The notes beneath the pieces are model-generated. The model was not told the origin of the DNA, ran no database searches, and worked only from the letters and a program-made list of their open reading frames with translations. DNA of 63,614 bases, counting the filler, from Octopus bimaculoides (Eukaryota), in NCBI RefSeq assembly GCF_001194135.2. It is 4 parts of 3 records of this genome, joined end to end, with 100 filler letters (N's around TTAATTAATTAA, not from the genome) between each part and the next. Parts side by side here need not be neighbours in the genome. Positions count along the whole stretch, not along the records: positions 1 to 27,842 come from NC_068986.1; 3 more parts are not named here. One strand, written 5' to 3'. Shown in pieces: positions 13,150-25,614 of this stretch (position 1 is its first letter; the number at the start of each line of letters is the position of its first letter). The position numbers and the translations under genes are program-made.

Positions 13150-13420
13150 ACACAGAAAAATGACATTTCAACAAGAGCTGCATCAAACTGGAATGATATG
13201 GAGTCTTGTAAAGAACTGATCATGCTAAAAGCTTAGATAGTTAAAACATGTCATAAGAACAGATTGACAACAAAAAAATGTTTGTTGCTTGAAAAGCTCC
13301 TGGAAAAAGGCCAAGAGAAAGACCTAAAAACATCAGATTGATAGCATCTTGGAGATAACAGGATAAAAGGTGCAATAGTTAACAAGAGTTGCAGAAAATA
13401 AGGATGAATATAGAAAAATT
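13150..13420 (+). mobile_element. Decayed RTE 3' coding remnant
   Basis: Frameshifted KLR*LKHVIRTD and GKRPRERPK motifs. Confidence 0.5.
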
Positions 13421-13879
13421 GTTGGCTGAACCACACAAACTCCAAGAGTTGGCCATTACAGATCATCAAATGAACAAATATTGACAGCAATAGATGCACA
13501 TGTATATGTCTAAGGAGATGGCAATAAAGACAGCTGAGTGAGAGTAGCATTGTTGAAATAGGATGAGTGGAAAAGATGGTGATTATGAATATCATAACTA
13601 TATAAATAACTAGGTACTATGAGGGACAAGTTTGAATATTGTGGCAATGTAACTTCCTTAAAACCCACCTACTTAAATTTTATAACCACACAAGGTTATT
13701 AGCATTAAACAATTTATTAAATTTAACAGAATCTGAGTAAGTATGTCAATCAATTCCTTTTAAATCAATAAGAGAATTGGTTCAGCTATACACACACACA
13801 CGCACACACAACAAGAAGAAGAAACATATTTTCTTTCTTTTCTGAGAAAAAAAGGAATAAGTAGAAAAAAATATTTCAT

Positions 13880-14320
13880 CTTTCCAACATCTGGCAATCA
13901 AATTGTTCAAAGTCAGCAAGAGTAGTCTTTTTCAATGCATTTGCAAAGAGCATTCTTCCTTATGAAGCCAAAACATAGACTATGTAGAAGGAGTTCCAAG
14001 ACTCCTTTGATGATGCATACACCAAGTTTCTTATGAGAGCTCAAGACATCTCATTATGAGCACAAGTGAAGATTAATGGACACATTCCACCCATCTCTGC
14101 TAATGTAGATGAGGTTTTGTTAGCCTCTACTATCATGCTGAAACACAAGGATCATATAAGATGTTATGTTTTGGAAACTTCTGCACCTTGAAAGAAGACA
14201 AAAACTGCTTAACTACATCGACATTATTGGCAGAGACACACAACCTGTAATTGAGGTCCTACCAAAACGAACAGGGGGTGACAGAGATTCTTTTGCATGG
14301 GAGGTGAAACACACCTTGGT
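13880..14320 (+). mobile_element. Decayed RTE 3' coding remnant
   Basis: Frameshifted DAYTKFLMRA, DVMFWKL and NYIDIIGRDT...DRDSFAW, matching an RTE C-terminus. Confidence 0.55.
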
Positions 14321-14562
14321 CGTGATTACCCGAAGAACAATTATCCTTTTTGTTTATTTTAACAGTTCTCCTGTTGATAAAGAGGACATTTTCAATTGAG
14401 TAGACTAGTTCTTTAGTTCATCTATGATAATGAACTTATTGCATAGTGTTCAGGTGCACTATATAAGTAAAATCAAGCTTCATTAATATAAATATGATAC
14501 ACAAAGACTCTGAATGTAGTATAACAATAACAAAAATCATGTAGAGATTTGTACGAAGACAA

Positions 14563-14568
14563 TTTATT
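14563..14568 (-). terminator. Candidate poly(A) signal overlapping the SPMAP1 stop codon
   Basis: Minus strand reads TAT TAA TAA ATT, so AATAAA overlaps the tandem stops. Confidence 0.35.
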
Positions 14569-14712
14569 AATATTTTATCTTTTCAAACAAAGATAGTTGC
14601 ATCCGGAGCTGAGGGGTGTTACGCCTGTATCCAAATAAACCATTATAACCCATGATAGGTTGAATATCAGACATGAAAGATGAATGGCCACTAGTTAATT
14701 CTCTTGAATGAC
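14567..14712 (-). CDS. SPMAP1: SPMAP1/C17orf98-like, exon 3 (terminal)
   Basis: ctgtttacag| acceptor in phase 1. (G)HSRELTSGHSSFMSDIQPIMGYNGLFGYRRNTPQLRMQLSLFEKIKY* contains the conserved GxNGxFGYRRNTPxLR motif. Spliced protein is 165 aa. Confidence 0.93.
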
Positions 14713-14814
14713 CTGTAAACAGAAATAGTGAAGTATTTATGGTAAATCTTCAACATAAAATTTTAGTAAAATATACTTAAAGACAAGAACATAATGAATA
14801 AATCTATCATAAAA

Positions 14815-15340
14815 TAGCTGCAGGCATGGCTGTATGGTTTAGAAGCTTGCTTTGTAATCACCTGGTTTCAGGTTCAGTCCCAATGCACAACATCTTGGGC
14901 AAGTGTCTTCTATACTATAGCCCCAGGTTGACAAATGCCTTGTGAGTGAATTTGATTGACAGAAACTGTGTGGAAGCCCACCCTATGAGTGTGTGTGTGT
15001 GTGTGTGTGTGTGTTGTGTTTGGTTCATCAAAACCCTGAAAAGAACTTGGAAGGTTTGACCTTCGCAATAGCTGTAAAGCCAGGAGCTTTTCAGCATCCC
15101 TTCATATGTGTGTGTATGTGTGTCTTTGCATCTGTGTTTGTCCTCCTACCACTGCTTAGCAACCGATGTTGGTATATTTACATCACTGTAACTTAGGGAT
15201 TTGACAAAGGAGAACCATAGAACTAAAAAAAAAAAAAAATAATAAGTACTAAGGCCAATTCATTTGACTCAAAATTTATCAAGGCAGTGTCCCAGTATGG
15301 CCGTAGTCTAATAACTGAAACATGTAAAAGACAAAAGATA
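14815..15340 (+). mobile_element. SINE family B
   Basis: Collinear with 2150-2552. Confidence 0.8.
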
Positions 15341-15702
15341 AACCTATGTTGGTATTTGCATGTTTTCAGATGAAAATTATTCTTCAGTGCACCTGCATCA
15401 TGGTTTATTATTCTTGTTCTTTATCTTATGCATGAAATAAATCACATATTTTAACACACACACACATACACTGTAGATGTTGACATGCTACTCAGTTTTA
15501 AATACTTCAAATGAAAATATATTCAGGCTGCTATTACAGGTGTATATCAAACAACTGCAATAATTAAACATGAATGACATATTTCTTGTTTTTACTTTCA
15601 ACCTGCCACAGATGCATTAAGTATTGTAGAAGTTATTGTTGTCATGTCACCATAATGTCTTACAACTATTTTCTTCTTATATATATATGTGTGTGTGTGT
15701 GT

Positions 15703-15745
<43 letters not shown>

Positions 15746-15834
15746 AGCGTAGATTGAATAGACTAGTGACATAATCATAAAGCTTGCATAGTATTTTTTC
15801 TTGTTTTTCTTTTGTTTTTTTTTTTTCTTTTCGT

Positions 15835-16277
15835 GCAGGTATGGCTGTGTGTTAAGAAGTTCTCTTCTAAACTTCATGGATCTATGTTCAGTCCCACTGC
15901 ATGGTACCTTGGGCAAAATGCCTCCTGTTGTAGTTCCAAATGTGATCAAAACTTTGTGTGTGGATTTGCTAGATGGATGGAAACTGAAAGAAGCCTATTG
16001 CATGTGTGTGTGAGTGGATTTTTGGTTGATGGAAACTGAAAGAAGCTTATCTTATAAATATGTGTGTGTCTGTGTGTATGTGTGTGTGTGCATCTTGACA
16101 ACCAGTGTAGGTGTGTTTATGTCCCTGTTACTTAGTAGCTCAGCAAAAAATACTGATAGAATGAGTACTAGGCTTAAAAAAAGGTCCTGGAGTTGATTTG
16201 TTTGACTAAAACACTTCATGGCAGTACCCCAGCAAGGCCACAGTCAAATAACCGAAAGAAGTAAAAGCTGAAAGATA
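15835..16277 (+). mobile_element. SINE family B
   Basis: Collinear with 2150-2552; ends at an assembly gap. Confidence 0.8.
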
Positions 16278-16508
16278 NNNNNNNNNNNNNNNNNNNNNNN
16301 NNNNNNNNNNNNNNNNNNNNNNNNNNNNNNNNNNNNNNNNNNNNNNNNNNNNNNNNNNNNNNNNNNNNNNNNNNNNNNNNNNNNNNNNNNNNNNNNNNNN
16401 NNNNNNNNNNNNNNNNNNNNNNNNNNNNNNNNNNNNNNNNNNNNNNNNNNNNNNNNNNNNNNNNNNNNNNNNNNNNNNNNNNNNNNNNNNNNNNNNNNNN
16501 NNNNNNNN

Positions 16509-16551
<43 letters not shown>

Positions 16552-16964
16552 TTATATATGTATCTATGTATGCATGTCTTTGTATTTCTGTTGGTTTGTT
16601 TATATCCCTGTAACTTAACAGTTCAATTAAAAGAGACTGATGGAATAAGTACCAGGCTTTAAAGCATAAGTGCTGGGGTTGATTCATTGATTCAAGATGG
16701 TTTCCCAGCATGGCCGCAATCCAATGACTGAAACAAGTAAAAGGTATATATTTTGTATTGCAGATTGTGTCACAACCCAAAGACACCAGCTCTTCTGGAC
16801 TGCTCAATTAATTTTTACTCTGGCTGTTTTTACCTTTACTAATTCACATTTTGTTTGTAAGGATTTCTCAAATTAACAAGCATCTGTAATTTTTTGTAGG
16901 GAGGGAATATGGTCAAATGGAAGAGTCAAAAAAGCTAACTTGACTCCAGCAAGATAAACTAACT

Positions 16965-17170
16965 TCCTGTTTCTGTTGTAACTGTATTTTCAAAGGGCCA
17001 GCCTTGTCACACTCTGTGTTACGCTGAATCTCCCCGAGAACTACGTTAAGGGTACACGTGTCTGTGGAGTGCTCAACCACTTGCACGTTAATTTCCTGAG
17101 CAGGCTGTTCCGTTGATCGGATCAACTGGAATCCTTGTCGTCGTAACCAACGAAGTGCCAACAACAACAA
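16965..17170 (+). mobile_element. SINE family D, 3' part with (CAA)n tail
   Basis: Reverse-complement match to 57762-57960. Confidence 0.75.
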
Positions 17171-17276
17171 CTTTTCTGACATTTGTACATAATTTTATGT
17201 GCTATACATGCACCTTTGATAAGTTATAGTGCACCTGAGCACAATAATTTTATTATTATTATTATTACTTTGTGAA

Positions 17277-17650
17277 AGTGGTGAGCTAGCAGAATCGTTA
17301 GCATGCCAGGTGAAATGCTTAGTGGTATTTCCTCTGTCTTTATGTTCTGAGTTCAAATTCCACCGAGGTCGACTTTGCCTTTCATCCTTTTGGGAGTCGA
17401 TGAAATAAATACCAGTTATGCACTGGGGTCAATGTAATCGACTCGCCCCGCTTCTCAAAAAAAAAACGTTCAAGGCCTTGTGCCTAGAGTAGAAATAATT
17501 ATTTTTAGGGTGGCAAGCTGGCAGAAACGTTAGCATGCTGGGTGAAATGCTTAGCGGTATTTTATCTGTCTTTATGTTCTGAGTTCAAATTCTGCCGAGG
17601 TCGACTTTGCCTTACATCCTTTCGGGGTTGATAAATTAAGTACCAAGGCA
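17277..17650 (+). mobile_element. Two tandem SINE family A copies (17277-17495 and 17508-17650)
   Basis: Both start GAGCT/AAGCTGGCAGAA and carry the GAGGTCGACTTTGCC body. Confidence 0.85.
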
Positions 17651-18010
17651 TCTAGTGTACTAATGCTCAGCTGTTTTTGCTAGCATTCCCATGTTGTATC
17701 ATTGAATATTCAAAATAGAACCTATTTCTTAAGTATGATGTGAATTTTGTAAGAGGAACATAGTTGAATATTTTAAAATTATCAAATTAATGAGATTTAT
17801 TTTGTTGATCTCAGAAGTGTGAACAGTTAAGTTACCTTCATAGCATTTCAACCAGAATATACAGTGCCATTATAAACTCATCCTGCATTTAAAATTTTTG
17901 AATTACATACATTAAAAATTTTTAGAACTCTATCAAGAATTAATCTCTAAAGAACATTTAGAAGCCTGATATAGCTATTTCCTCCTCCTCCTCCTCCTCC
18001 TCCTCCTCCT

Positions 18011-18050
<40 letters not shown>

Positions 18051-19113
18051 TACTTTACAGGGTGTACTGGATTTTACGTCGCACCAGCAGCAACGAGGTC
18101 ACTAAGTAACACAAACGAAATAAAAGCCCTCAGCTAAGTGGAGAGTTGTATTGGGAAGGCAACAGCCAGGTGATAAGAGTTTAGTGTACAAATAGAGGGA
18201 CAGAAATAGGTGTCTTACAATAGAGGAGATACACGGCTACCTCAGTTTGGAAAGAGAGAAAAGAAAAGAAGATGAAGATGTATGGAAATAAAATTAGGAA
18301 ATAAAATTATTATTCTTCAATATTATGCAATACTTATTTGCTGAGATAGTTGAAGTGATTTAGATTGAAATTCATTTAATTTGTGCATGTCTTTCTTTTT
18401 CTAAATTGGTATTGATTAGACCGGTTTGAAAATATGTTTTTGCTTTTATAGCTGGATAACAAAACAAGCCATCATAAACCCTATGATGAAGTACTTCTAA
18501 TTTTCCACCTGGGGGAGATCAAATAGATTATATAACATCATCTCAAAAGACTCACTGCAATAATCGTAACAGAGTATGAGTCAATAATGTATGATGAGTC
18601 AGCAGATTAATTTTAGAGTTCTTGGTCTAATTAAAATGTTTTGTTGTAAAAGATATGAGGATGTCTTATTAGCCATTTGGGTTTTCAAGACACCCTGAAA
18701 TCTTGCTTTCTTTTTTGAGCATCTTTCTAGAAAAGCATGACAGAGTCTATTTCTAGACATGGCTGTGTGGTTAAAAAGTTTGCTTTTTTTTTACCTATGG
18801 ATCCCTTTGATTCCTGTTTTATTTGGGTGGACCCTCATAGCCATCTCATGTTTAAAAAATCCTATATTTTTATATTAAATATTATTAGGAATTGTATAAA
18901 AATATTGTTAAAATATTTTGTTCATTGCAGAAGAATAACCAATTTACTGCTGATAAATTTTTACAGCAAAATTTTATATGGACCTCCAAAATTTCATATG
19001 GGACGCTGGTTGAGAATCACTGAGCTGGTATGATGGTATTCTATCAATTTTACTGCCTTCCTAGCAAAAAATTACCAAGTGAAATTTTGACAAAATGAGA
19101 ATGAGTTGCTCAC

Positions 19114-19213
19114 CAGCTCCTGATTTGTTTCTCTGGGATAAATATATCTGACGATGGCCATAATTGTGAAAATAATCTACAGCTTTTCCTTCAATAGAAC
19201 ATCCTCCATTCAG
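19114..19213 (-). CDS. SPMAP1: SPMAP1/C17orf98-like, exon 2
   Basis: tttcag| acceptor and G|gtgagc donor. 100 nt, LNGGCSIEGKAVDYFHNYGHRQIYLSQRNKSGA(G). Phase-compatible with exons 1 and 3; resembles human [27 protein letters not shown]. Confidence 0.92.
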
Positions 19214-19869
19214 CTGAAAGTTAAAGACAGAACATCATGTTAGGGTAATGGTGTTGAACACTATTATAACAGGAAATATTCATGAAAAGAACAAGCATGA
19301 AATAGTTATTTGAAATGTATTCTTTTAAAATAATCCTTATGAAAGAACATATCTAAAAGTTTTTGTTGGTTTGAGGAGATTAATTCTTATTTTATTACGT
19401 TGCTATAAGTTGTACAGATATACAGTATATATATATATATCCATGGATAGTATTTCATTACTGGATATTCTTCCTTGCACAGATTAAGATATCTTAAAAT
19501 AATATCTAACCTGTCATCAAACTAAATAAATTGATGATAGCTTAAAGATATTGACTTATAAATGCCAATAATTTCTTTACTGTTTATAAGATTAATAATA
19601 ATGCAAGATATCAATAATTCAGCATAATAATAAAAGATAATATGCATAATTTTAGGGAGATTCTAATATGTCTATAAATATGATTTCAATAAAAAATAGA
19701 ATTTCCTTCACATTGTATAGTTATAAATATTGGATCCTTACTATAATGTGTTTTTCAAGTAATCCATTACTTAAAAATAAAAATCGTTTGTGAGAAATCA
19801 TACTGAAAAAGTAACAGACTTTCTATTAAATACATCCATATTCAAGAAGACCTGTCCTGTACAGTAGAA

Positions 19870-20195
19870 GCGTTACTGTCACCTCTTTTGTTGAAAAGAA
19901 TTGGCCAGCAAAAGCCCTGTGCTGGTGCCATGTAAAAAGTATCAATGCTGGTGCCATGTAAAAGACACCTGTGCCATTGCCATATAATGGTGCCTGTTCT
20001 GGCACCCTGCAGAAACACCCATGCCAGTGCCAGGTAAAAAGCAACCAGCACTGTAAAGCGGTTGGCATTAGGAAGGGTATCTAGCCAAATCAGACTGGAA
20101 CCTAGTGCAGCTCTTCTGCTTGCCAGCTCTGGTCAAACCATCCAACCCATGCCAGCATGGAAGACAGATGTTAAAGGATGATGATGATCATGATG
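19870..20195 (+). mobile_element. RTE 3'UTR-derived repeat (family C) with (GAT)n tail
   Basis: Matches the reverse complement of 44592-44830. Confidence 0.75.
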
Positions 20196-20727
20196 GTGAC
20201 ACTATCAATTTAAATAGAATATATTGAGTAATACAATAAGTTCTATCATACCGAATATGTGTACTGCCTATGTCACAAAATGTAGATATTAATAAGGTGA
20301 TCCGATGCCAGCTAAAATGTGCTATCACAACCTTTCATCATTGGAGAAGATGGTTATATAAAATCATGATCTATGACAAAACCAAATTCATAATGTTTAG
20401 TTGTTGTAATACACTCTCATAAACAACTCTAAAACCTGAACAAGTTATTGATAACATCCCTATGAGCGGACATGTACCATGTGAAGTAAATCTTGTACAT
20501 TTTTGACAGAACAGACAGAGGAATGTCAGTGAGTCTGAACAAGCTAATATCTTCTGAGACCACAATTACACAGCATTGACTTTGATAGGTTTGTTGTTTG
20601 TGTGAATGGCAGACTGCCAGTGGCCTAAACAATTGTTTTATTCCTACCTAAATGAAGGAAAGGACATGTAAAATTTACAAAGGACACATTTAAAGGGAAA
20701 TTTTTTAAATGTGGGAACAATATGAAT

Positions 20728-20910
20728 GAAAGGGAATGGTTGACAAATAAGTGACACAAGTGGAAATGGAAAATGTCAGATGGAACCAAACTATTTGATA
20801 CAGCAGGAAGAAGCCAACACTGTACCTCTTCTTTTGTGAGACAAGGTATGTCTGCAATCTGATTTATAACTCCCACATCGATCTATATAGCCACATGTAG
20901 ATTCATAAAT
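20728..20910 (+). mobile_element. RTE 3'-end remnant (left member of an inverted pair)
   Basis: YVCNLIYNSHIDLYSHM*IHK resembles the RTE terminal CxxC...IGLxSHxRxH motif. Confidence 0.55.
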
Positions 20911-21234
20911 TATTAAATTTAGTAGACAATCATCCTTCAACAACTGCCATTGTTGCTGAATACGTTTAGGTAGTAAATTGTATATAATGTGGTACAACAG
21001 TACTACATAAAATAACTTTCCTCCTTACTTAAGCCCTCCACTCTTTGTTGAACATAGGTCATCAATGACTTTTCTCCACAGTTTTTGACTCTGGGCTGTC
21101 TTTTTTTCCTCTCCCAGGCCTTATTGGTTTTGAGTTATCATTAATTCTCTTGTAACTTGGCTGTTTTTTTCTAGGTGGGGGTATTGGCTCTATACAAACC
21201 CATTTTTACAAGGATAATTGTCCACCAGATTAAT

Positions 21235-21416
21235 TTTTTATGAATCTACATGTGACTGTATAGGCCAATGTGGGAGTTATAAATCAGATTGCAGACATTT
21301 ATTGTCTCACAAAAGAAGAGATACTGTGTTGGCTGCTTAATGCTGTATCAAAGAGTTGGGTTCCATCAGAGATGTTCTATTTCCACACGTGTCACTTATT
21401 TGTCAATCATTCCTTT
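21235..21416 (-). mobile_element. RTE 3'-end remnant (right member of the inverted pair)
   Basis: Reverse complement aligns to 20728-20910; encodes CNLIYNSHIGLYSHM*IHKK. Confidence 0.55.
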
Positions 21417-21530
21417 CCCAGAGGGAACTGGTGATCCATATCAATTTGGCTTCTGCTCTTTGATCTGTCCAGCATGGATGGCCCTATCAAGTGCATGCAT
21501 TCTGCTGGCATAGCTCTCAGCATGTCCAGT

Positions 21531-21680
21531 AAGTTCACCATCAACAATTCACTGCAGAGAAAGTTCACTGTCATCAATTCCCGGCAGGGAAAGTTCACTA
21601 TCGTCTATTTACTGCAGGGAAAGTTCTCTGTCATCACTTCACCACAGGGTAAGTTCACCATCATCAATTCACCACAGGGT
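21531..21680 (+). repeat. 30-bp minisatellite, five degenerate units
   Basis: AAGTTCACCATCATCAATTCACCACAGGG(A/T) consensus repeated at exact 30-bp period. Confidence 0.9.
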
Positions 21681-22189
21681 CTCCATTACTTTCGTTTTAT
21701 TTTGATGAAATAGTTTTAAACTATTAATGGTGAGGTACTATGGATATATTTTCTCAGTGAACATTCTTTGTGGTGAACTTTCTCCACAGTGAACTTTCTT
21801 CATGATGTCTAACAAACAACTCGCACATGCAAGTGCTACCAGTCAAGAACTCCGCATACAGGAAGCCAGCAAGTGTATGGGGTCATCAGGAGAGAATGCA
21901 CGCCATTTTGGGGCCTACCTCTCGACAGCATCAATGTGCACCGCCCCCCCTCACTGATATGAGGCCCCACTTGCTAGATCAAGTGGTTATTAAAAACAAA
22001 GCTCAATAGTTCTCTAGCCATCGCCCATCGTCTCTTTTTAACCAAATCCAGTGGCTAGCCTTCTCCTGTGATGAATTGATGGTGGTGAACTTACCTGTTA
22101 TCACCTCTCAGGACGATTGAGGTACATATGACACAACACTACAAGAACTGGAGCTTGTGGTGGACATTAAATAGCATCATCATCATCAT

Positions 22190-22730
22190 TATCATCATCA
22201 TCATCATCATCATTTAATGTCCGTTGTCCATGCTGGCATGGATTTGACAATTTGACCAGGGCTGGTAAACTGAGGGGCTGCACCAGACTCCAGTCTAATT
22301 TAGCATTGTTTCTATGGCTGGATGCCCTTCCTAATGCTAACCACTCCAAGAGTGTAATGGGTGCTTTTACATGCCACTAGCACAGGTGCCAGTATCTGCA
22401 TTGGCTATGATTTCATTTGGCTTGATGGGTCTTCTTCTCAAGCATGGCATATTGCCAAAGATCTTGGTCATTTGAAATTGCCTGCATGAGATCCAGTGCT
22501 TGAATGATGCTTTTTATGTGCCACCAGTATGGGTGCTAGTTATGTGACACCAGCATTAGCCACATTGCCTTTGTGAGGCCCAACGCTTGAAAGGTGCTTT
22601 TTACATGCCAGTTATGTAGCACCAGCATCAGACACGACTACAATTTCACTTGGCTTGATAGCTCTTCTCAAGCATGCATATTGCCAAAGTTCTCAGTCAC
22701 TAGACATTGCCTCTATGAGGTCCAAATACA
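22190..22730 (-). mobile_element. RTE 3'UTR-derived repeat (family C)
   Basis: (CAT)n followed by TTTAATGTCC...GCATGG, as in other copies. Confidence 0.75.
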
Positions 22731-22854
22731 GTTTGTTAAATGCTATTCAGTGAGATCTTCTATGTAGTCAACTAGCTGAATGGCTGAGCCAAATCTCTCC
22801 CATAAAGCATCCTGTCACCATTAACTCTTTAGCATTCTCCTTATTCTGTCAAAG

Positions 22855-23175
22855 AGTAGTTAGAGCATCAGGCTCACAATCATGAGGTAGTGAGTTCGAT
22901 TCCTGGACGAAGCTGTGTGTTGTGTTCTTGAGCAAGACACTTTGTTTCATGTTGCTCCAGTTCACTCAGCTGTAAAAATAGGTTGCAACATCACTGGTGC
23001 CAAGTTATATCAGCTTTGCCTTTCCCTTGGATAATATCAGCGGTGTGGAGAGAGGAGACTGATATGCATGAGTGACTGCTGGTCTTCCATATACAACATT
23101 GCCCAGACTTGTACCTTGGAGGGGAACTTTCTAGGTACAATCCCACGGTCATTCATGACCAAAGGGGATCTTTAC
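22855..23175 (+). mobile_element. tRNA-headed SINE (family E)
   Basis: B-box GAGTTCGATTCC followed by CORE-like CTTGAGCAAGACAC. Confidence 0.65.
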
Positions 23176-24584
23176 CCTTACTCTGTCAAATGTAGTTTTA
23201 TTTATTCATATTGTTTTCAACTAATTAGTTATCATCATGTAGCACTGAGATTTCAAAGATGTGATTGTATATTTTCAAAATGACATTGTAGTGTAGGTGT
23301 GAGAGGCCTGATCTAGCCAGTAAGAATATAAAACAGGTAGAATATTTGAGTTGAATATGGCCAAAAGAAATGCCAAAGGGTTAAAATAATAACATATCTC
23401 ATATCCACAAGTTTTTATCATGTTCTACAATAAAGACAGTAAGGCATAGACGGAATTATTAACAGTTTGATCAGTTAACCATATCAAATTATGTTCAAGT
23501 TTGCTCATTCTACCCAATAGCAACAAAATTCTGTATAGTATAAGTTCCTATAAATGGTACCAAGTTTGGTTGACATTCTTAATGAATTCTGTATAATCTT
23601 CAGCACCAGTATTCAGCACCAGAGCTAGTGTCATTACCAGAGGCACTATTGAAACTGATTCCTGTTATGAAAAATTAATGTCACAATCTGCTAGAAGTTT
23701 TGAGTGTTGCCTTCTTTTCATTAATTAAAAAGAAAAAGAAAATAAGAAAGAATCCCCCAAAACATAAGAAGGTAATATCTTTTTGTATTGAGTTTTGCTG
23801 GAAGTGAAATTCTCATATAAAAGTCTTTGGTACATGTTGCCTGCTTCAAATTTTACATTGTAAAAGTGTTTGAAATCTTTCCTTTTTGATCCCTGGTAAC
23901 ACATATCTTGAGATGCTTCCCTCTCCCTTACTCTTCATCTTATTGTAGCTTTCTTTGGTGTCTCAACATCATCTATCTATCTCCATGTCCACTACCATTA
24001 TGACTTGGTGATCTTGATAATCTTCAGTCCCACAAGGTACCCTGGCATATGATCCAAGTACCTTCTCCATCCTTGCTTGTATTATGTTCTTTCCAAGGAT
24101 AGACATTTCATGTTTTGCTACAGTGAAAATGGCCTATTTAGGAGAGAAGCTACTCTGAAATAGAAACCTGGTCTATGATAGAAAGAGGGTGTCATCTTAC
24201 AAAAAAACCTCTCTAGAACTAATATATACAGCAATAAATATAACCAGTTCACTACAAGTAGTTGATAGCAGGAAGGGCATCTAGCTGTAAAACTTTTAAC
24301 TGACTCAAATATATAACTACATCAAATTCTTTAAAAAGACTAATAGTGCAAAAATTCTTTAAAAGGCTACACACAACCTAAACTGATGCTAACATAAAAA
24401 GAAAATAGATTTTGAAATGATGATGATGATGATGGCAATGATGATGACAAAACTATTTCATAGTTATTAAAAATGATTTAAGGTACATAGTAAAATATCA
24501 AATCATATAGTGTGTATGTAATTTGATTTTACCTCATTAAATGAATTAAACCAAGATGTATATTTATTTGTATAATTTTCTTAC

Positions 24585-24836
24585 CTGTTTAGTTCTTTTC
24601 AACATTTTGCTCATGCCTTTGTACTTGAAATAACTCTTCACAGATTTGTCATTCTGAGAATTATAAGGTGGGATCACTTGACCTAACTTCGGATTTAGCT
24701 TAGAGAAGTCATCTGAAATACTGCTGACAGCTATACAGTCCAGTATAAAGCCATTTTCAAACTTTCTAAGTCGTGTAGGCGATGGAGTTGGTGGTGTTTT
24801 GTAAATCTTATTGTGGCATTTTTTCTTCGAAGGCAT
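24585..24836 (-). CDS. SPMAP1: SPMAP1/C17orf98-like (DUF4542) sperm microtubule-associated protein, exon 1
   Basis: ATG at 24836. 84 codons MPSKKK...RKFENGFILDCIAVS...PKLGQVIPPYNSQNDKSVKSYF...KRTKQ, then CAG|gtaaga donor. Matches the recalled human motifs EKGFILDGVAV and PKLWSAIPPYNAQQD. Confidence 0.92.
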
Positions 24837-25004
24837 TATATTACTAAGTAACTAAGTAACCTTTTTTTTTTTCATTCACAGTTAACTGAATAGCAAACAG
24901 CTCTGCAAGTTTACTATATAAACTTCTCAATGTCTATCACTATAATAACATTGGCAGTATTTCCACTACCTTCTACCCCTACTTAAGCTGTACCAACAGT
25001 TATT

Positions 25005-25019
25005 GTTGTTAGGGGTAAC
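25005..25019. promoter_or_regulatory. Candidate RFX X-box upstream of SPMAP1
   Basis: GTTGTT-AGG-GGTAAC fits a relaxed GTNRYY-N3-RGYAAC consensus and lies about 170 bp upstream of the ATG of a cilia/flagella gene. Confidence 0.4.
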
Positions 25020-25491
25020 AAGATTAAGCTACCTGGTCATTAATTTTCTTTTCCTTTTTCACCCTCTCCTCTAAACTAACACTAGCTAAGTAACAGATTA
25101 ATTAGCTATGTGAAATATCTTCTCGGGAGTAATAATTTCAAGATGTTCTTCATAAGTATCAATAGTTCTTAATGTCATAAAGTATAAAGTATTGGATGCT
25201 TGTTGTTGCAGCAAATGGTGATAAAGAAGAGAATGGGGGAGATGTCATCTTCAAATTCATTTTCACATCTACTTTTCCATGCTTGCATGGGTTAGAAACA
25301 ATTTGTTTAGGTAAATTTTCTATGGCCAGATGCCCTTCCTGTTGCCAATATTGACCTGTTTCCAAGCAAGTTAATGTTTTTTCCTTGGCCAGACATTTTC
25401 TCATAGAATATCAGAATATTGGAAATGAATGACACTGCTTATATAATGGTGACAATCATTTTTACAACTATTGTGTGATGTCAAGAGAAGG

Positions 25492-25529
<38 letters not shown>

Positions 25530-25614
25530 TAATATATATATATATATACACACACATACACACATATATGAAGCTAGCATGCTTCGTTAAATATGCAATG
25601 TCAGTGTGCTTGCA

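Noticed and set aside
21531-21680. CRISPR-like periodicity
   Set aside because: Contiguous degenerate units with no unique spacers, in a eukaryotic context.
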